The notes under the pieces are model-generated. The model did no database searches, was not told the DNA's origin, and was given only the letters and a program-made list of their open reading frames with translations. This document shows positions 1 through 10,229 of a stretch of 64,000 nt of DNA, piece by piece; within the stretch, counting starts at the first letter, position 1; every line of letters starts with the position of its first letter. Made by a program: the position numbers and the translations under genes. Source of the DNA: an uncultured delta proteobacterium (lineage in GTDB: Bacteria > Desulfobacterota > BSN033 > UBA1163); contig CAWHBU010000007.1 of the NCBI GenBank assembly GCA_963827685.1, positions 177,129 through 241,128 of the forward strand, given 5' to 3'.

Positions 1-894
1 ACGGTCTGTTGCGGATCAACGGAAGCCATGATCTCTTCCCTGATGGCCATCGTCAATTCTGGCGAAGAGGTCATTGTGTTCGAGCCTTTTTACGAGAACT
101 ATGGTCCGGATACCATCCTCTGTGATGCCAAGCCGCGATTCATCACGCTCCACGAACCGGACTGGCATTTTGACGAGCAGGAATTGACCCGAGCCTTCAC
201 CAATAAGACCAAAGCCATCATCATCAACACACCCAATAACCCCACCGGCAAAGTCTTCTCTCGTGAGGAATTGCAATTCATCGCCGACCTTTGCTTGAAA
301 TGGGGTGTGATCGCAGTGACCGACGAGATTTACGAGCACATTCTCTACGATGGAGCCCAACATATCAGTATCGCCTCTCTGCCCGGCATGCGAGATCAAA
401 CCATCACCGTCAACTCCATCTCTAAAACGTATAGCCTGACAGGATGGCGCGTGGGCTGGGCCATTGCTCCGGCTTCGCTGACGGCTTCCATCCGCAAGGT
501 TCATGATTTTTTGACTGTGGGAGCACCGCATCCTCTGCAAGAGGCTGCTGCCGTAGCGCTAAGGATTGGTCGAGGCTATTATGAAAATTTGGCGAAAGCA
601 TACCATGAGAGGAGGAATTTTTTCCTCCCTGTGTTACAGGAGGTTGGTTTTGGCGTTTTCCCTCCCCGCGGAGCTTATTATATCATGACCGATATCAGTC
701 CCTTTCGCTTTTCGGACGATGTAAAATTTGCTCTGTATCTGGTGGAGAAATGGGGCGTGGCCACTGTTCCGGGCAGTAGCTTCTACAGCCGTCCTTCTTT
801 GGGAGCGACCAAGATTCGTTTCTGTTTTCCAAAGAGAATGGAAACCCTTCAAGAGGCCGCTGAGAAATTAAGGAAGTTCAAAACAGAAAAATGA
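1..894 (+). CDS. PLP-dependent aminotransferase class I/II (5' end outside window)
   Basis: Frame open from base 1 (TVCCGSTEAM...); NTPNNPTG, DEIY and SISKTYSLTGWRVG (PLP lysine) motifs. Confidence 0.9.
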   Translation, partial: TVCCGSTEAMISSLMAIVNSGEEVIVFEPFYENYGPDTILCDAKPRFITLHEPDWHFDEQELTRAFTNKTKAIIINTPNNPTGKVFSREELQFIADLCLKWGVIAVTDEIYEHILYDGAQHISIASLPGMRDQTITVNSISKTYSLTGWRVGWAIAPASLTASIRKVHDFLTVGAPHPLQEAAAVALRIGRGYYENLAKAYHERRNFFLPVLQEVGFGVFPPRGAYYIMTDISPFRFSDDVKFALYLVEKWGVATVPGSSFYSRPSLGATKIRFCFPKRMETLQEAAEKLRKFKTEK

Positions 895-1102
895 TAAAAA
901 TAGTTTTTAGGTTAGGGCTAGGAAGCCCGTTTGGTTTAGGGTAAAAGGGTTCAGGGTAAAAGTTTGAAGACCAAAACCATAACCCTTCGACAAAACCGGC
1001 GTCCTTACCCAAACTCTTAAACGAATTGTTTCTTATCATCTAACTATAGTACCTAACTATTTTTTCATGAAGGATGCGTCATCCGCAAACGATGAAAATT
1101 CA

Positions 1103-1200
1103 ACCCATCTCCCCTCCCCCTTGACGGGGGAGGGTGAGGGTGGGGGTAAACACGCCGTACTCCCCCTGACCCTGTCCCTCTCCCACCAGGGGAGAGGGGA
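1103..1200. repeat. REP-like GC-rich double palindrome
   Basis: CCCCTCCCCCTTGACGGGGGAGGG ... CCCTCTCCCACCAGGGGAGAGGG hairpins between convergent genes. Confidence 0.65.
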
Positions 1201-1254
1201 ATAATTGTATTTATTTTCTAAATAAGGAAGGTAACCACGCTATACGGTGGGTAT

Positions 1255-1284
1255 AAAAAAGGGCGGTCACTTCGACCGCCCTTT
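1255..1284 (-). terminator. Intrinsic terminator (sod)
   Basis: AAAGGGCGGTC-loop-GACCGCCCTTT with A/T tract, ~30 bp beyond the sod stop. Confidence 0.8.
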
Positions 1285-1316
1285 CGGGCCTTCCACGAGC
1301 CTTTACTAAGACCTCC

Positions 1317-1895
1317 CTATTTGATACGTCCTTCCACGACCTCCCATTTGATATTTTTAAAGAAGGCCGTAATATAATCCGCCCTTTTCAATCCATAATC
1401 AATCATAAAGGCATGTTCGAAAACATCCATGATCAATAACGGATTGCAGCCTGCTGGATGCCCGACGTCATGCTCATTGATCCACTGGTTGATCAATTTC
1501 CCGCTTGCGGGATCCTGGTAGAGGATAGCCCATCCGACGCCCCGCATCGCGCCCACTCCTTTAAAATCGGCCTCCCAATTTTCGTAGCTTCCAAATTCTT
1601 CAGCCAACTTCTTCCCGAGTTTGCCGGACTTATTCAATGCTCCATTGCCCCCTAAATTCTCAAAGTAGAACTCATGGAGCCGCATACCATTAAACTCCCA
1701 GCCTAACCGACGCTTTAACTCGGCATATTCAGGAGTTCCAATCTTCCCTCCCTTTGCCATTTCTGAAAGGGAATCCAAGACCTTATTGGTATTAGTCACA
1801 TACCCCTGATAGAGAGTAAAATGGTTTTTCAATAAGGTCTCGCTAAATCCCTCCATTCCAATAAGCTTATTGTAATCTTTTGCCGTGTATGCCAT
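1317..1895 (-). CDS. sod: Fe/Mn superoxide dismutase
   Basis: NHFTLYQGY, LHEFYF and DVFEHAF metal-ligand motifs; AGGAGA RBS before ATG 1895. Confidence 0.88.
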   Translation of the reverse strand: MAYTAKDYNKLIGMEGFSETLLKNHFTLYQGYVTNTNKVLDSLSEMAKGGKIGTPEYAELKRRLGWEFNGMRLHEFYFENLGGNGALNKSGKLGKKLAEEFGSYENWEADFKGVGAMRGVGWAILYQDPASGKLINQWINEHDVGHPAGCNPLLIMDVFEHAFMIDYGLKRADYITAFFKNIKWEVVEGRIK

Positions 1896-2189
1896 GTCTC
1901 TCCTCCTTTCAATGATATATAATTTCATCATAACAAAAAAAATCTCAGTTTCAAGGAAATTTTTGAGGGGATTTCTAAAAAAGGGTAGAAATCCCTGATT
2001 TCACCGATTATGAAACGATTACACAGATAGGAAGGCATTGAAAAATGAGGTAAATCTGCGTAATCATCTCTTAAAATCTGTGTGATCAAAAGAGCGTGTA
2101 GTAATTTTTCAAAGCTCGCTGGGAACTTGACAAATTCAAAAGACGTAATTATTTTTTATTTAGAAATCAGAAGAAAGGAGTGATGAAGT

Positions 2190-2660
2190 ATGGCATGGGA
2201 ATTAACTACTTGGAAGCCCTTTAGGGAGTTGGCCCCTTTTAGGGAATTTGAGAGGATGAGGAGGGATATGGACCGGTTTTGGGACTCCTTCTTAGAAGGC
2301 GGATTAAGAAGGAAAACCGAGGACGGCGGGGAATGGCTTCCTTCTCTCGATGTCGCCGAGACAAAAAATGAGCTGGTGGTGAAAGCCGAAGTTCCTGGAA
2401 TGGACCCCAAAAATATCGATATCTCCCTTTCTGATGGGTTGCTCACCATTAAAGGTGAAAAGAAAGAGGAAAAAGAAGAAAAAGAGGCCGATTATCACCT
2501 TGTCGAGAGAAGTTATGGAGCCTTTACGCGTTCGATTCGCCTTCCTGCGGAAGTGCAGGGCGACAAGATCAATGCTTCTTACAAGAACGGTGTTTTGAAA
2601 ATCACCCTTCCAAAATCTGAGGAAGCCAAGAAGAAAGAAATCAAGATCAAGGTTGAATAA
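2190..2660 (+). CDS. Hsp20/alpha-crystallin small heat-shock protein
   Basis: AEVPGM, ERSYGAFTRSIRLP, YKNGVLKITLPK and IxI (IKIKVE) motifs. Confidence 0.93.
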   Translation: MAWELTTWKPFRELAPFREFERMRRDMDRFWDSFLEGGLRRKTEDGGEWLPSLDVAETKNELVVKAEVPGMDPKNIDISLSDGLLTIKGEKKEEKEEKEADYHLVERSYGAFTRSIRLPAEVQGDKINASYKNGVLKITLPKSEEAKKKEIKIKVE

Positions 2661-2687
2661 ACTTGGATTTTACACCAGTGAAATAAG

Positions 2688-2712
2688 AAAGGCGTCCGAA
2701 AGGACGCCTTTC
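2688..2712 (+). terminator. Intrinsic terminator (hsp20)
   Basis: AAAGGCGTCC-GAAA-GGACGCCTTT hairpin. Confidence 0.8.
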
Positions 2713-2858
2713 CTCAATTTAGCCAACCCTCTTTCCTATCCCCATCCCTTATCCCGAAATCCGCAATCTGCATTCTGCAATCTATTATTATACTATCTCC
2801 TTATATCCTCATATAAATATCTGTGATCCGCTATGCCCCATGCGCTCTGCGTGCATTT

Positions 2859-2888
2859 GGAATCGGCCAACTTTTTTATCGGTGACAC
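2859..2888 (+). repeat. Boundary motif A, copy 1
   Basis: GGAATCGGCCAACTTTTTTATCGGTGACAC. Confidence 0.75.
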
Positions 2889-3130
2889 TACGATTGCGAA
2901 CTCAAGGATAATGATTTGACCCCATTCCGCCGTCCCAGCGATGAGTCCTATTCCTTCGAGTCAATCTTGGTCAATGATTCTTGAGAACGTCAGATGGTCC
3001 TAAAAAGGAAAGTAGGTTATAATAGAGGCAAAATATGAGGTGAAAAGCAGAATAAAAGTTGCTTTCAGAACGATATACAACCAAATTCCAATCCCCATGA
3101 TCTCACAGGGACAATTTTGGGGAGCTTAAT

Positions 3131-3313
3131 GTGAAATGCGATCGATGTAACGGGATGATGATTCATGAGGAGTTTTTCGGTTCAAATGGTCCCTTCTTTA
3201 GCTGGCGGTGCTTAATTTGTGGAGAGGTTGTCGATCAGACGATCATAGAAAATCGGGATCATCAGAGCCACGGCGGGGAGTGGGACAGAAGAGGCAAGAA
3301 ATCGAAGAGATAA
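3131..3313 (+). CDS. Small CxxC...CxxC zinc-ribbon-like protein
   Basis: 60 aa, KCDRC...WRCLICG; GGGAG RBS; GTG start. Confidence 0.7.
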   Translation: MKCDRCNGMMIHEEFFGSNGPFFSWRCLICGEVVDQTIIENRDHQSHGGEWDRRGKKSKR

Positions 3314-3386
3314 TCCCATCTCAACCCTCCCAATCATTTTTCCATTAACCCATTAACTCATTTACGCGTTAACTCGTCTACGGTTA

Positions 3387-3417
3387 GGAATGGGCCAACT
3401 TTTTTATGGATGCCACC
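3387..3417 (+). repeat. Boundary motif A, copy 2
   Basis: GGAATGGGCCAACTTTTTTATGGATGCCACC, 20 bp from the PIN toxin stop. Confidence 0.8.
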
Positions 3418-3436
3418 GGCAATTCATTTCTTACTC

Positions 3437-3859
3437 TCATGAAACATACTCCAAAAACTCTTGTGGAGAAACAACCTTGCATGAAATTCCATTGGCTTTC
3501 AGTTTGTCGTGCGAAATACTAAGCAAGTCCTTGTCTCCTGTGACCAGGAATTCGGCTCCTGTCTCTTTACACAAAGAGAGATAATGATCATCCTTGGGAT
3601 CCCTTGATAAAACCACATGAGTTGAAATAGAAATGTGCTTCGCCAAACTTAACAATTGTTGGATTTTCTCCCGGAGAAATAGAATTTGGTCATTTGAAAG
3701 TTTTTTCGAAAGTCCCAAAATGACTCCTTGGAGCTCTCGTTCGATAGTGTCAGAAAGATAGACCTCATGATCTTCCAATGCCCGAACAACAGCCTCTAAG
3801 GGTTTTCCCCCAAAGGCAGCCGAGATGATTACGTTGGCATCGATAACGACTTTAGCCAT
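3437..3859 (-). CDS. PIN-domain toxin (type II TA)
   Basis: VVIDANV, RDPKDD and LVTGDKDLL motifs; overlaps the antitoxin stop. Confidence 0.88.
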   Translation of the reverse strand: MAKVVIDANVIISAAFGGKPLEAVVRALEDHEVYLSDTIERELQGVILGLSKKLSNDQILFLREKIQQLLSLAKHISISTHVVLSRDPKDDHYLSLCKETGAEFLVTGDKDLLSISHDKLKANGISCKVVSPQEFLEYVS

Positions 3860-4085
3860 AGATTTCCCGCCTGGCACGGTCGAGGGCTTTGAGGGCTTCC
3901 TTTTTTGAGATCCCAGCTTCTGCCAGGACCCTTCCAATTTCAAGAAGGATAATCTCTCCACTGTCTTTCTGGACAGGGGTTAGGCGGGCAATCGGTTTCT
4001 TACGTTTCATGACAACGATCTCGTTGCCTCCATTTAAATATTTGACCACATCCTGTTTGAACTCCCTGACACCTACGAATTTCAT
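3852..4085 (-). CDS. Phd/YefM-family antitoxin
   Basis: MKFVGVREFK...IVVMKRKKPIARLTP; directly upstream of PIN gene; GGAGG RBS. Confidence 0.85.
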   Translation of the reverse strand: MKFVGVREFKQDVVKYLNGGNEIVVMKRKKPIARLTPVQKDSGEIILLEIGRVLAEAGISKKEALKALDRARREIYG

Positions 4086-4197
4086 TTTCCTCACCTCCGA
4101 AAATAATGTTACCACAAATGTGGGAATAATGCAAAAGGTCTTTGATGGAGTGCCTGGAGTGGTGTCGGTCAGTTTCTACGGAGGCAAGAATCTTTAT

Positions 4198-4293
4198 TGA
4201 AAAGTAGAAGCACTTAAAAAAGTGTGCTTCCCGGAGAGGTAATTATCATTCCATATTGTGCGCTCGGCAGCGCACCTTCCGGCCAGTCAGGCG
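4198..4293. repeat. Module B copy 1 (paired with 12860-13021)
   Basis: AAGCAC..GTGCT and GTGCGC-TCGGCA-GCGCAC hairpins, CCAGTCAGGCG end. Confidence 0.7.
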
Positions 4294-4334
4294 TTATGGT
4301 TTTTCTTTGAGCTTTCAACTTTAAACTTTGAGCT

Positions 4335-4523
4335 TTACGCTATGCTCTATGCGCCATGCCCTTTGCGGTTTTTGTTTTGATGAGCCTTTTTATAGATGAT
4401 TCATTCTCCCCAACACCGCGTCTCCCTATCTCCTCGTCTCCCAAGCATCTTCTTATTGTCACCCTATCTCCCTATCTCGCCATCTTTCTTTTGGAGAGGG
4501 CCAACTTTCTTATGGATGAGCCC
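4335..4523 (+). repeat. ~180-bp direct repeat (left of glnK) ending in motif A copy 3
   Basis: Aligns with 8148-8322 (TGCCCTTTGCGGTTTTTGTTTTGATGAGCC...TTCTCCCCAACACCGCGTCTCCCTATC...GGCCAACTTT). Confidence 0.8.
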
Positions 4524-4595
4524 GTAGCTTCTGTAGCTTTTGCATAAACCAGACACCCTAAGTCTTCATCCAACGACCACCCCCTCCGCCTTCAT

Positions 4596-4988
<393 letters not shown>

Positions 4989-5027
4989 TTAAACTATCAA
5001 GTTCTTTTCTCCGAACTCCAGACTTAA

Positions 5028-6338
5028 TTAAAAAGAATATCCTACTTCGCCATGCTGACTGGTATCCAGACCACTGATCTCATGCTCTTCACTCACTCTC
5101 AAGCCCATGGCCCAATCAAGGACCTTCAATATGATCCATGTTACCACAAAGGAATAAACCCATACTGAAACGACGCTGAGTGCCTGAATCCCAATCAGCG
5201 AAGGATTGCCAAAGAGTAAGCCGTCATTTCCTGCTGAATTAATTGCCCTTGCTGCAAACAAGCCGGTGGCCAATACCCCCCATGTGCTTCCTACTCCATG
5301 AACAGCGACGACATCGAGAGAATCATCGTATCCGAATTTGGTCTTCAGGTTGAGGGCATAATAGCATAACACACCCGCAACCAGTCCAATGATGATCGCT
5401 GAAATGGGCCCCACGAATCCTGAGGCAGGTGTGATGGTCGCCAGTCCTGCTACGGCACCCGATGCCGCACCAAGAACGGTTGGGTTACCCCTGTCTGCCC
5501 ATTCAGCGATCATCCACGAAAGAGCTGCGGAGGCTGCGGAAAATTGAGTCGCTACAAAAGCAGACGTGGCAAGCGAACCCGATGTTAGGGCACTCCCGCC
5601 ATTGAAACCAAACCAGCCAAACCAGAGAATCCCTGCACCCAGAAGGGTCATCGTCAGATTGTGAGGAGGCATGTCTTCTTTACCGTAACCTTTTCTTTTT
5701 CCCACGACCAGAGCCGCCGCTAAGGAGGCAACTCCAGCGCTGATATGGACGACCAGCCCCCCTGCGAAATCAAGCCCGCCAAGATTTTTGATCCAACCCC
5801 CCACTCCCCAGACCCAATGTGCAAGGGGGTCATAGACAAATGTTGACCAGAGGATGAGGAAGACAAGATAGGTCTTAAATTTAAATCTTTCAGCAAATGC
5901 GCCAGTAATCAGGGCGGGTGTGATCACAGCAAACATCATCTGAAAGATCATAAAAGCCTGATGGGGAACTGTGGCAGAATAGCCAGGGAACGGATCAAGT
6001 CCCACACCTCTGAGTCCTATCCAATCAAGATTTCCAATCACATGACCCACATCAGGTCCAAACGCGAGACTGTATCCGTAGAAAGCCCACTGGATAGTGA
6101 TCACTCCCAGTGCAATAAAACTTTGCATGATCGTCCCCAGGACATTTTTTGATCTCACCAAACCTCCGTAGAAAAGGGCAAGCCCAGGCATCATCAACAT
6201 CACCAGGGCGGCGGAGATGAGAAGCCAGGCAATATCTCCCGAATCCATTTTGGGGAGTGAGGGGGCCGGTGCCTCGGCAAAAGCAACCCCGGCGATGAAC
6301 AGGCTCATCAACAACGACAGGAATAGGATTTTTTTCAT
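5028..6338 (-). CDS. amtB: Ammonium transporter
   Basis: PGLALFYGG, DFAGGLVVH, WFGWFGFNGGS, DDSLDVVAVHG; signal peptide after ATG 6338. Confidence 0.95.
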   Translation of the reverse strand: MKKILFLSLLMSLFIAGVAFAEAPAPSLPKMDSGDIAWLLISAALVMLMMPGLALFYGGLVRSKNVLGTIMQSFIALGVITIQWAFYGYSLAFGPDVGHVIGNLDWIGLRGVGLDPFPGYSATVPHQAFMIFQMMFAVITPALITGAFAERFKFKTYLVFLILWSTFVYDPLAHWVWGVGGWIKNLGGLDFAGGLVVHISAGVASLAAALVVGKRKGYGKEDMPPHNLTMTLLGAGILWFGWFGFNGGSALTSGSLATSAFVATQFSAASAALSWMIAEWADRGNPTVLGAASGAVAGLATITPASGFVGPISAIIIGLVAGVLCYYALNLKTKFGYDDSLDVVAVHGVGSTWGVLATGLFAARAINSAGNDGLLFGNPSLIGIQALSVVSVWVYSFVVTWIILKVLDWAMGLRVSEEHEISGLDTSQHGEVGYSF

Positions 6339-6427
6339 TACACGCCTCCTATGAAAAATTGCGGAATAAACCATCAAATACCTTCCATGCCACCTTATTG
6401 TCAAGAGCCCCCGATGTCGCGTATCAA

Positions 6428-8048
6428 CGGGCTGTTGCCCAAATGATACTTGCAACGATTATACATTCGAGCTATAAGCATGGCAGCACAAATCTGGAAT
6501 GGAGATATTGCCATGATGGGACAACAGACAGGAATTCAGCCGAAGATCTTCTATCATCATATGAACCTGGAACAAAGGATTCCCCGGACACACCTTCTGA
6601 GAAGGATTCAAGAGCAGATTGACTTTAACTTCATCTATGCAGAGGTCAGAGACACCTATGGGGGCAACGGGAATGTGTCCATTCCCCCTCCTGTAATCCT
6701 GAAGATGATGTTGCTGTTAGTTCTTTACAATGTTCGATCGGAACGAGAGTTAATGGAAACGATCCCCATGCGTTTAGACTGGCTATGGTTTTTAGGGTAC
6801 GACATAGACAGTGAGGTGCCGGATCACAGTGTTTTGAGTAAAGCCAGGGCGCGGTGGGGAGTGGAAGCGTTTAGGGGGTTCTTTGAGCGAATGGTGTGGC
6901 AATGTGTGGAGGCGGGGTTAGTGGACGGCAGAAAGATCTTTGTGGATTCGAGCCTGGTGGATGCGGATGCATCGAACAACTCCGTGATCGACACGCGATC
7001 GTTGAAGGTTCAACTCCAGGAGGGCTACAAGAAGCTGGAAGCACGATTAGAGGAAAAGAGCGAGAGCACGGATTCCTCCAGGAGATACGTTAAAGAGAAC
7101 AGCCGATACATTTCAACGACCGATCCGGATGCATCGATAGTGAATCGTGGCAAGCCCAAACTCTCCTATCAGGTTCATCGGGCAGTGGATGAGCGGAGTG
7201 AAGTGATCACGGCGATCGAAACGACAACAGGAGATGTCAATGAAGCGCATGAGATGATTCCTCTGATAGAGAGCCACCGTTTAAATACAGGGATCAATGC
7301 GGATACGGTGGTGGCCGACAGCAAATACGGGACGATCGAGAACTTTTTGGCCTGTCATGATAGAGGAGTAGAGGCCCACATGCCGGACTTGAGGGAAATT
7401 TCATTGAAGCGTACAGAAAAGCAGAATATCTTTGGGGAAGAGCGGTTTGAGTATGATCGGGAGAGTGACACCTATCGTTGTCCGGCTGGGCATCGGTTGA
7501 AGCCTAGATCATTACATATGAGTCGGCAAAGTAGAGATTACGCTGCACCCAAGAAGATTTGTGCAGCATGTGACTTAAGAGAGCAGTGTACTAGAAACAG
7601 ATCAGGTCGGACAATTAAGCGACATCTGAGGCAGGAAGATCTAGACAGGATGCGAGAAGCGAGTCGATCGGCCAAAGCGAAGCGGGATATCAAAGTGAGG
7701 CAGCATTTGATGGAGCGTTCCTATGCCAGAGGGACGCGGTATGGATATGACCGGGCACGATGGAGAGGGCTTTGGCGGGTGCAGATACAGGAATACCTGA
7801 TCTCTGCTGTCCAGAACATTGAGGTTTTGCTTAGGTACGGATCTTACCTAAAGAGAAGTCCATCGGTGATGATGGAGCAGATCAAAGGGGCTGTGACAAG
7901 GGAGATAAGGTCCTTTTCAGATTTTAAGGAGCTAATGAACTCAAAAATTGGCCGAATGGTGCTATTTGGTTTTACTTACCCTCGGCTATCATTCATGGAA
8001 ACTCAAACTGTCAGATATTTTTGAATTGGGCTTTTGAGCAACAGCCCG
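6428..8048 (+). mobile_element. IS1182-family insertion sequence
   Basis: Terminal IRs CGGGCTGTTGCCCAAA / TTTGAGCAACAGCCCG; 4-bp target duplication TCAA (6424-6427, 8049-8052). Confidence 0.9.
6513..8024 (+). CDS. IS1182-family DDE transposase
   Basis: PDHSVLS, FVDSSLVDADAS, STTDPDA, VVADSKYG, CPAG...C..C...C. Confidence 0.9.
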   Translation: MMGQQTGIQPKIFYHHMNLEQRIPRTHLLRRIQEQIDFNFIYAEVRDTYGGNGNVSIPPPVILKMMLLLVLYNVRSERELMETIPMRLDWLWFLGYDIDSEVPDHSVLSKARARWGVEAFRGFFERMVWQCVEAGLVDGRKIFVDSSLVDADASNNSVIDTRSLKVQLQEGYKKLEARLEEKSESTDSSRRYVKENSRYISTTDPDASIVNRGKPKLSYQVHRAVDERSEVITAIETTTGDVNEAHEMIPLIESHRLNTGINADTVVADSKYGTIENFLACHDRGVEAHMPDLREISLKRTEKQNIFGEERFEYDRESDTYRCPAGHRLKPRSLHMSRQSRDYAAPKKICAACDLREQCTRNRSGRTIKRHLRQEDLDRMREASRSAKAKRDIKVRQHLMERSYARGTRYGYDRARWRGLWRVQIQEYLISAVQNIEVLLRYGSYLKRSPSVMMEQIKGAVTREIRSFSDFKELMNSKIGRMVLFGFTYPRLSFMETQTVRYF

Positions 8049-8147
8049 TCAAGATCAGGCACCTATGCGAGGCAAAACCTGGAGGAAAATTGTCCCGTGT
8101 CAAGGGGCTGACCCCAGGCCACATTCCTAAATTCCTTTTATCACTCC

Positions 8148-8322
8148 TTACGCTATGCGCTTTGCCCTTTGCGGTTTTTGTTTTGATGAGCCTTTTCATG
8201 GATGATTTATTCTCCCCAACACCGCGTCTCCCTATCTTCCCATCATCTTCTTATTGTCTCCCTATCCCCTCATCTCCCCATCTTCATTTTAATGGGAATG
8301 GGCCAACTTTTTTGTGGATGAG
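8148..8322 (+). repeat. ~180-bp direct repeat (right of amtB/IS) ending in motif A copy 4
   Basis: Partner of 4335-4523; ends GGAATGGGCCAACTTTTTTGTGGATGAG. Confidence 0.8.
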
Positions 8323-8463
8323 AATCGTATTCGCTCTGCGATTTTGACGTTCAAATTGGGGTTCTAAACCTGAAATCAGCCTCCTTTTTTTAGAAATGAC
8401 TAATTCGATCAGGCGGCTAACTTTGTCCGATCCCAGCCCCGCCTACTTAAGTTGTTTTAGAAC

Positions 8464-9669
8464 CTACGTTATATATTCTTTTAGGTGAAGGGTCCCCTCC
8501 GTTTCGGGCCATTTCCCATCTCCTTTGCGTCCCCTTGTTTGAGCAGTTAGAATCTCTCGGCCGAAATGATCTCGCAGCCATTTTTTCAAGCCCGGAATCT
8601 CTTCCATCTCTCTTATCGACCGGGGATTTTTCAAAGCGAGACCATTGATCAAGGCGTTGTTCAAAAGGATTCCAGGCTCCATCCCTAAGTTTTTTGCCCG
8701 CATATCCCGCCAGGTTTTTAGTGCTTTGACCCTTTTGCGTAAGAGGGGTGACAAATCCGGCTTTGCCTCCCGGGGGTACACCGGAAGATCTTCATCGGGA
8801 ATGGCCATGGCCCGGTGAATTTCCTGCAGCAGGCGTGTCCCATATCTGTCGATTTGCTTCCGGCTCAGGACTTTTCCCGTTTCCAATTCTTCAAGGCGCA
8901 AAGGTTTTTTCATGGCCAATTCCAGGAGGGGTTCGTTGCGGAGCACCTTGAAGGGGGGAAGATCCGACTTCTGGGCCTGGGCCTCTCGGAATTCCAGCAA
9001 AGCCTCCAGAACCGCAAGACTCCTGGGATCCAGGAGAAAAGCCCCTTTCACTTTTAGGTAAAGCGGGTCATGGCTGGGGAGAGTGAATCGGACCTTACTC
9101 AGAAATAGGCATTCTTCCTCCATCCAGGATAATCGGCTCTTCTCTTCCAGTTCCTTTTCCAGCATACGGGCTAAGGGAATCAGGTACATGCCGTCCATCG
9201 CTGCGTATTCCACCATCTCCGGGGAAAGGGGTCTTTGGGACCAATCGGCCCGCTGATATTTCTTATTCAGCTCCACATGGACCCGACTTCGCAGCAACGC
9301 TTCCAGGCCGCTCTCCCGGAGGCCCAGAAATTTACAGGCCAACTGTGTATCGAAGAGGTTCTCGACCTCGAGCCGAAAGTCCCGGTACAGGGAACGGATA
9401 TCATAATCCGCCCCGTGGAATACTTTGCGGATGCGGGGATTGGAGAAAACGGGGTGTAAAGCGGAAAGATCCCTTAGCGCCAAAGGATCAATGACATAAG
9501 AGGCGGATTCCGTAGCGATCTGTATGAGGCATACCTTTTCGAAGTAGTGGTACAAAGAGTCCGCTTCCAGGTCAACCCCGATGATTTTGGCCTGACCCAG
9601 AATCCGGGCAGCCCCTTCCAATTGCGGAAGGGTCTCGATCCATTCATAGGAAAATTTATTTCCATCCAT
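8464..9669 (-). CDS. rnd: Ribonuclease D (DEDDy exonuclease + HRDC domains)
   Basis: GVDLEADS, FHGADYD, LFDTQLA, DWSQRPL..YAAMD; two HRDC-like C-terminal regions. Confidence 0.88.
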   Translation of the reverse strand: MDGNKFSYEWIETLPQLEGAARILGQAKIIGVDLEADSLYHYFEKVCLIQIATESASYVIDPLALRDLSALHPVFSNPRIRKVFHGADYDIRSLYRDFRLEVENLFDTQLACKFLGLRESGLEALLRSRVHVELNKKYQRADWSQRPLSPEMVEYAAMDGMYLIPLARMLEKELEEKSRLSWMEEECLFLSKVRFTLPSHDPLYLKVKGAFLLDPRSLAVLEALLEFREAQAQKSDLPPFKVLRNEPLLELAMKKPLRLEELETGKVLSRKQIDRYGTRLLQEIHRAMAIPDEDLPVYPREAKPDLSPLLRKRVKALKTWRDMRAKNLGMEPGILLNNALINGLALKNPRSIREMEEIPGLKKWLRDHFGREILTAQTRGRKGDGKWPETEGTLHLKEYIT

Positions 9670-9781
9670 CCTCTTACGCGCCTTCTTCCATCATGGTTTT
9701 GGTCTTACCGCTCTACTGTGAGGCCCGCCTCCATTTATTTAAATAATCTTGTTAATTTTTGCGGGCCTGACCCCACATTCC

Positions 9782-9973
9782 TTACAGTATTTTTTTAACC
9801 CGACCAATTTCACCACTTTCCAAGCGGACTTTAATACCATGGGGGTGAGTAGGAGATTTCGTCAGAATGTCTTTCACTATACCTTCGGTTAGCTTCCCAG
9901 AATGCTGGTCTTTCTTTAATACAATTAAAACCTGTAAGCCTGCTTTCACATCTGCACGATTTGTACCGTCCAT
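9782..9973 (-). CDS. YwbE-family protein
   Basis: LKKDQ.SGKLTEG.VKDILTKS.THPHGIKVRL. Confidence 0.9.
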   Translation of the reverse strand: MDGTNRADVKAGLQVLIVLKKDQHSGKLTEGIVKDILTKSPTHPHGIKVRLESGEIGRVKKIL

Positions 9974-10139
9974 GCTTCCACTTTCATTAAAAACTATTTT
10001 AACCTCAAATTTGCAGCCCTAAGCCCCAAATTGCCTATATTTTTCTCCAAGAAATTTACCAATGGAAAAAATGGAGATTTGACCCCTATCCTTCCTGACG
10101 CCATGCCCCAAGCTCCATGCGCCATGCAGTGTATTAATC

Positions 10140-10170
10140 GAATTGGGCCAACTTTTTTATGGATGACACC
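10140..10170 (+). repeat. Boundary motif A, copy 5
   Basis: GAATTGGGCCAACTTTTTTATGGATGACACC. Confidence 0.8.
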
Positions 10171-10229
10171 TCTTGACTGCACGCTCTGCACGAACGTCCC
10201 TATAGTTTTTCTGACACCGAAGCTTTTTT

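Noticed and set aside
2100-2189. CIRCE element before hsp20
   Set aside because: No TTAGCACTC-N9-GAGTGCTAA match; only a TTGACA hexamer
6370-6400. Sigma-54 promoter upstream of amtB (TGGCAT on the minus strand)
   Set aside because: The -12 GC is missing at the required spacing
8021-8347. ORFs ending in GPTFLWM-like peptides (also 4356, 10031, 11346)
   Set aside because: Translations of the intergenic repeats, not genes
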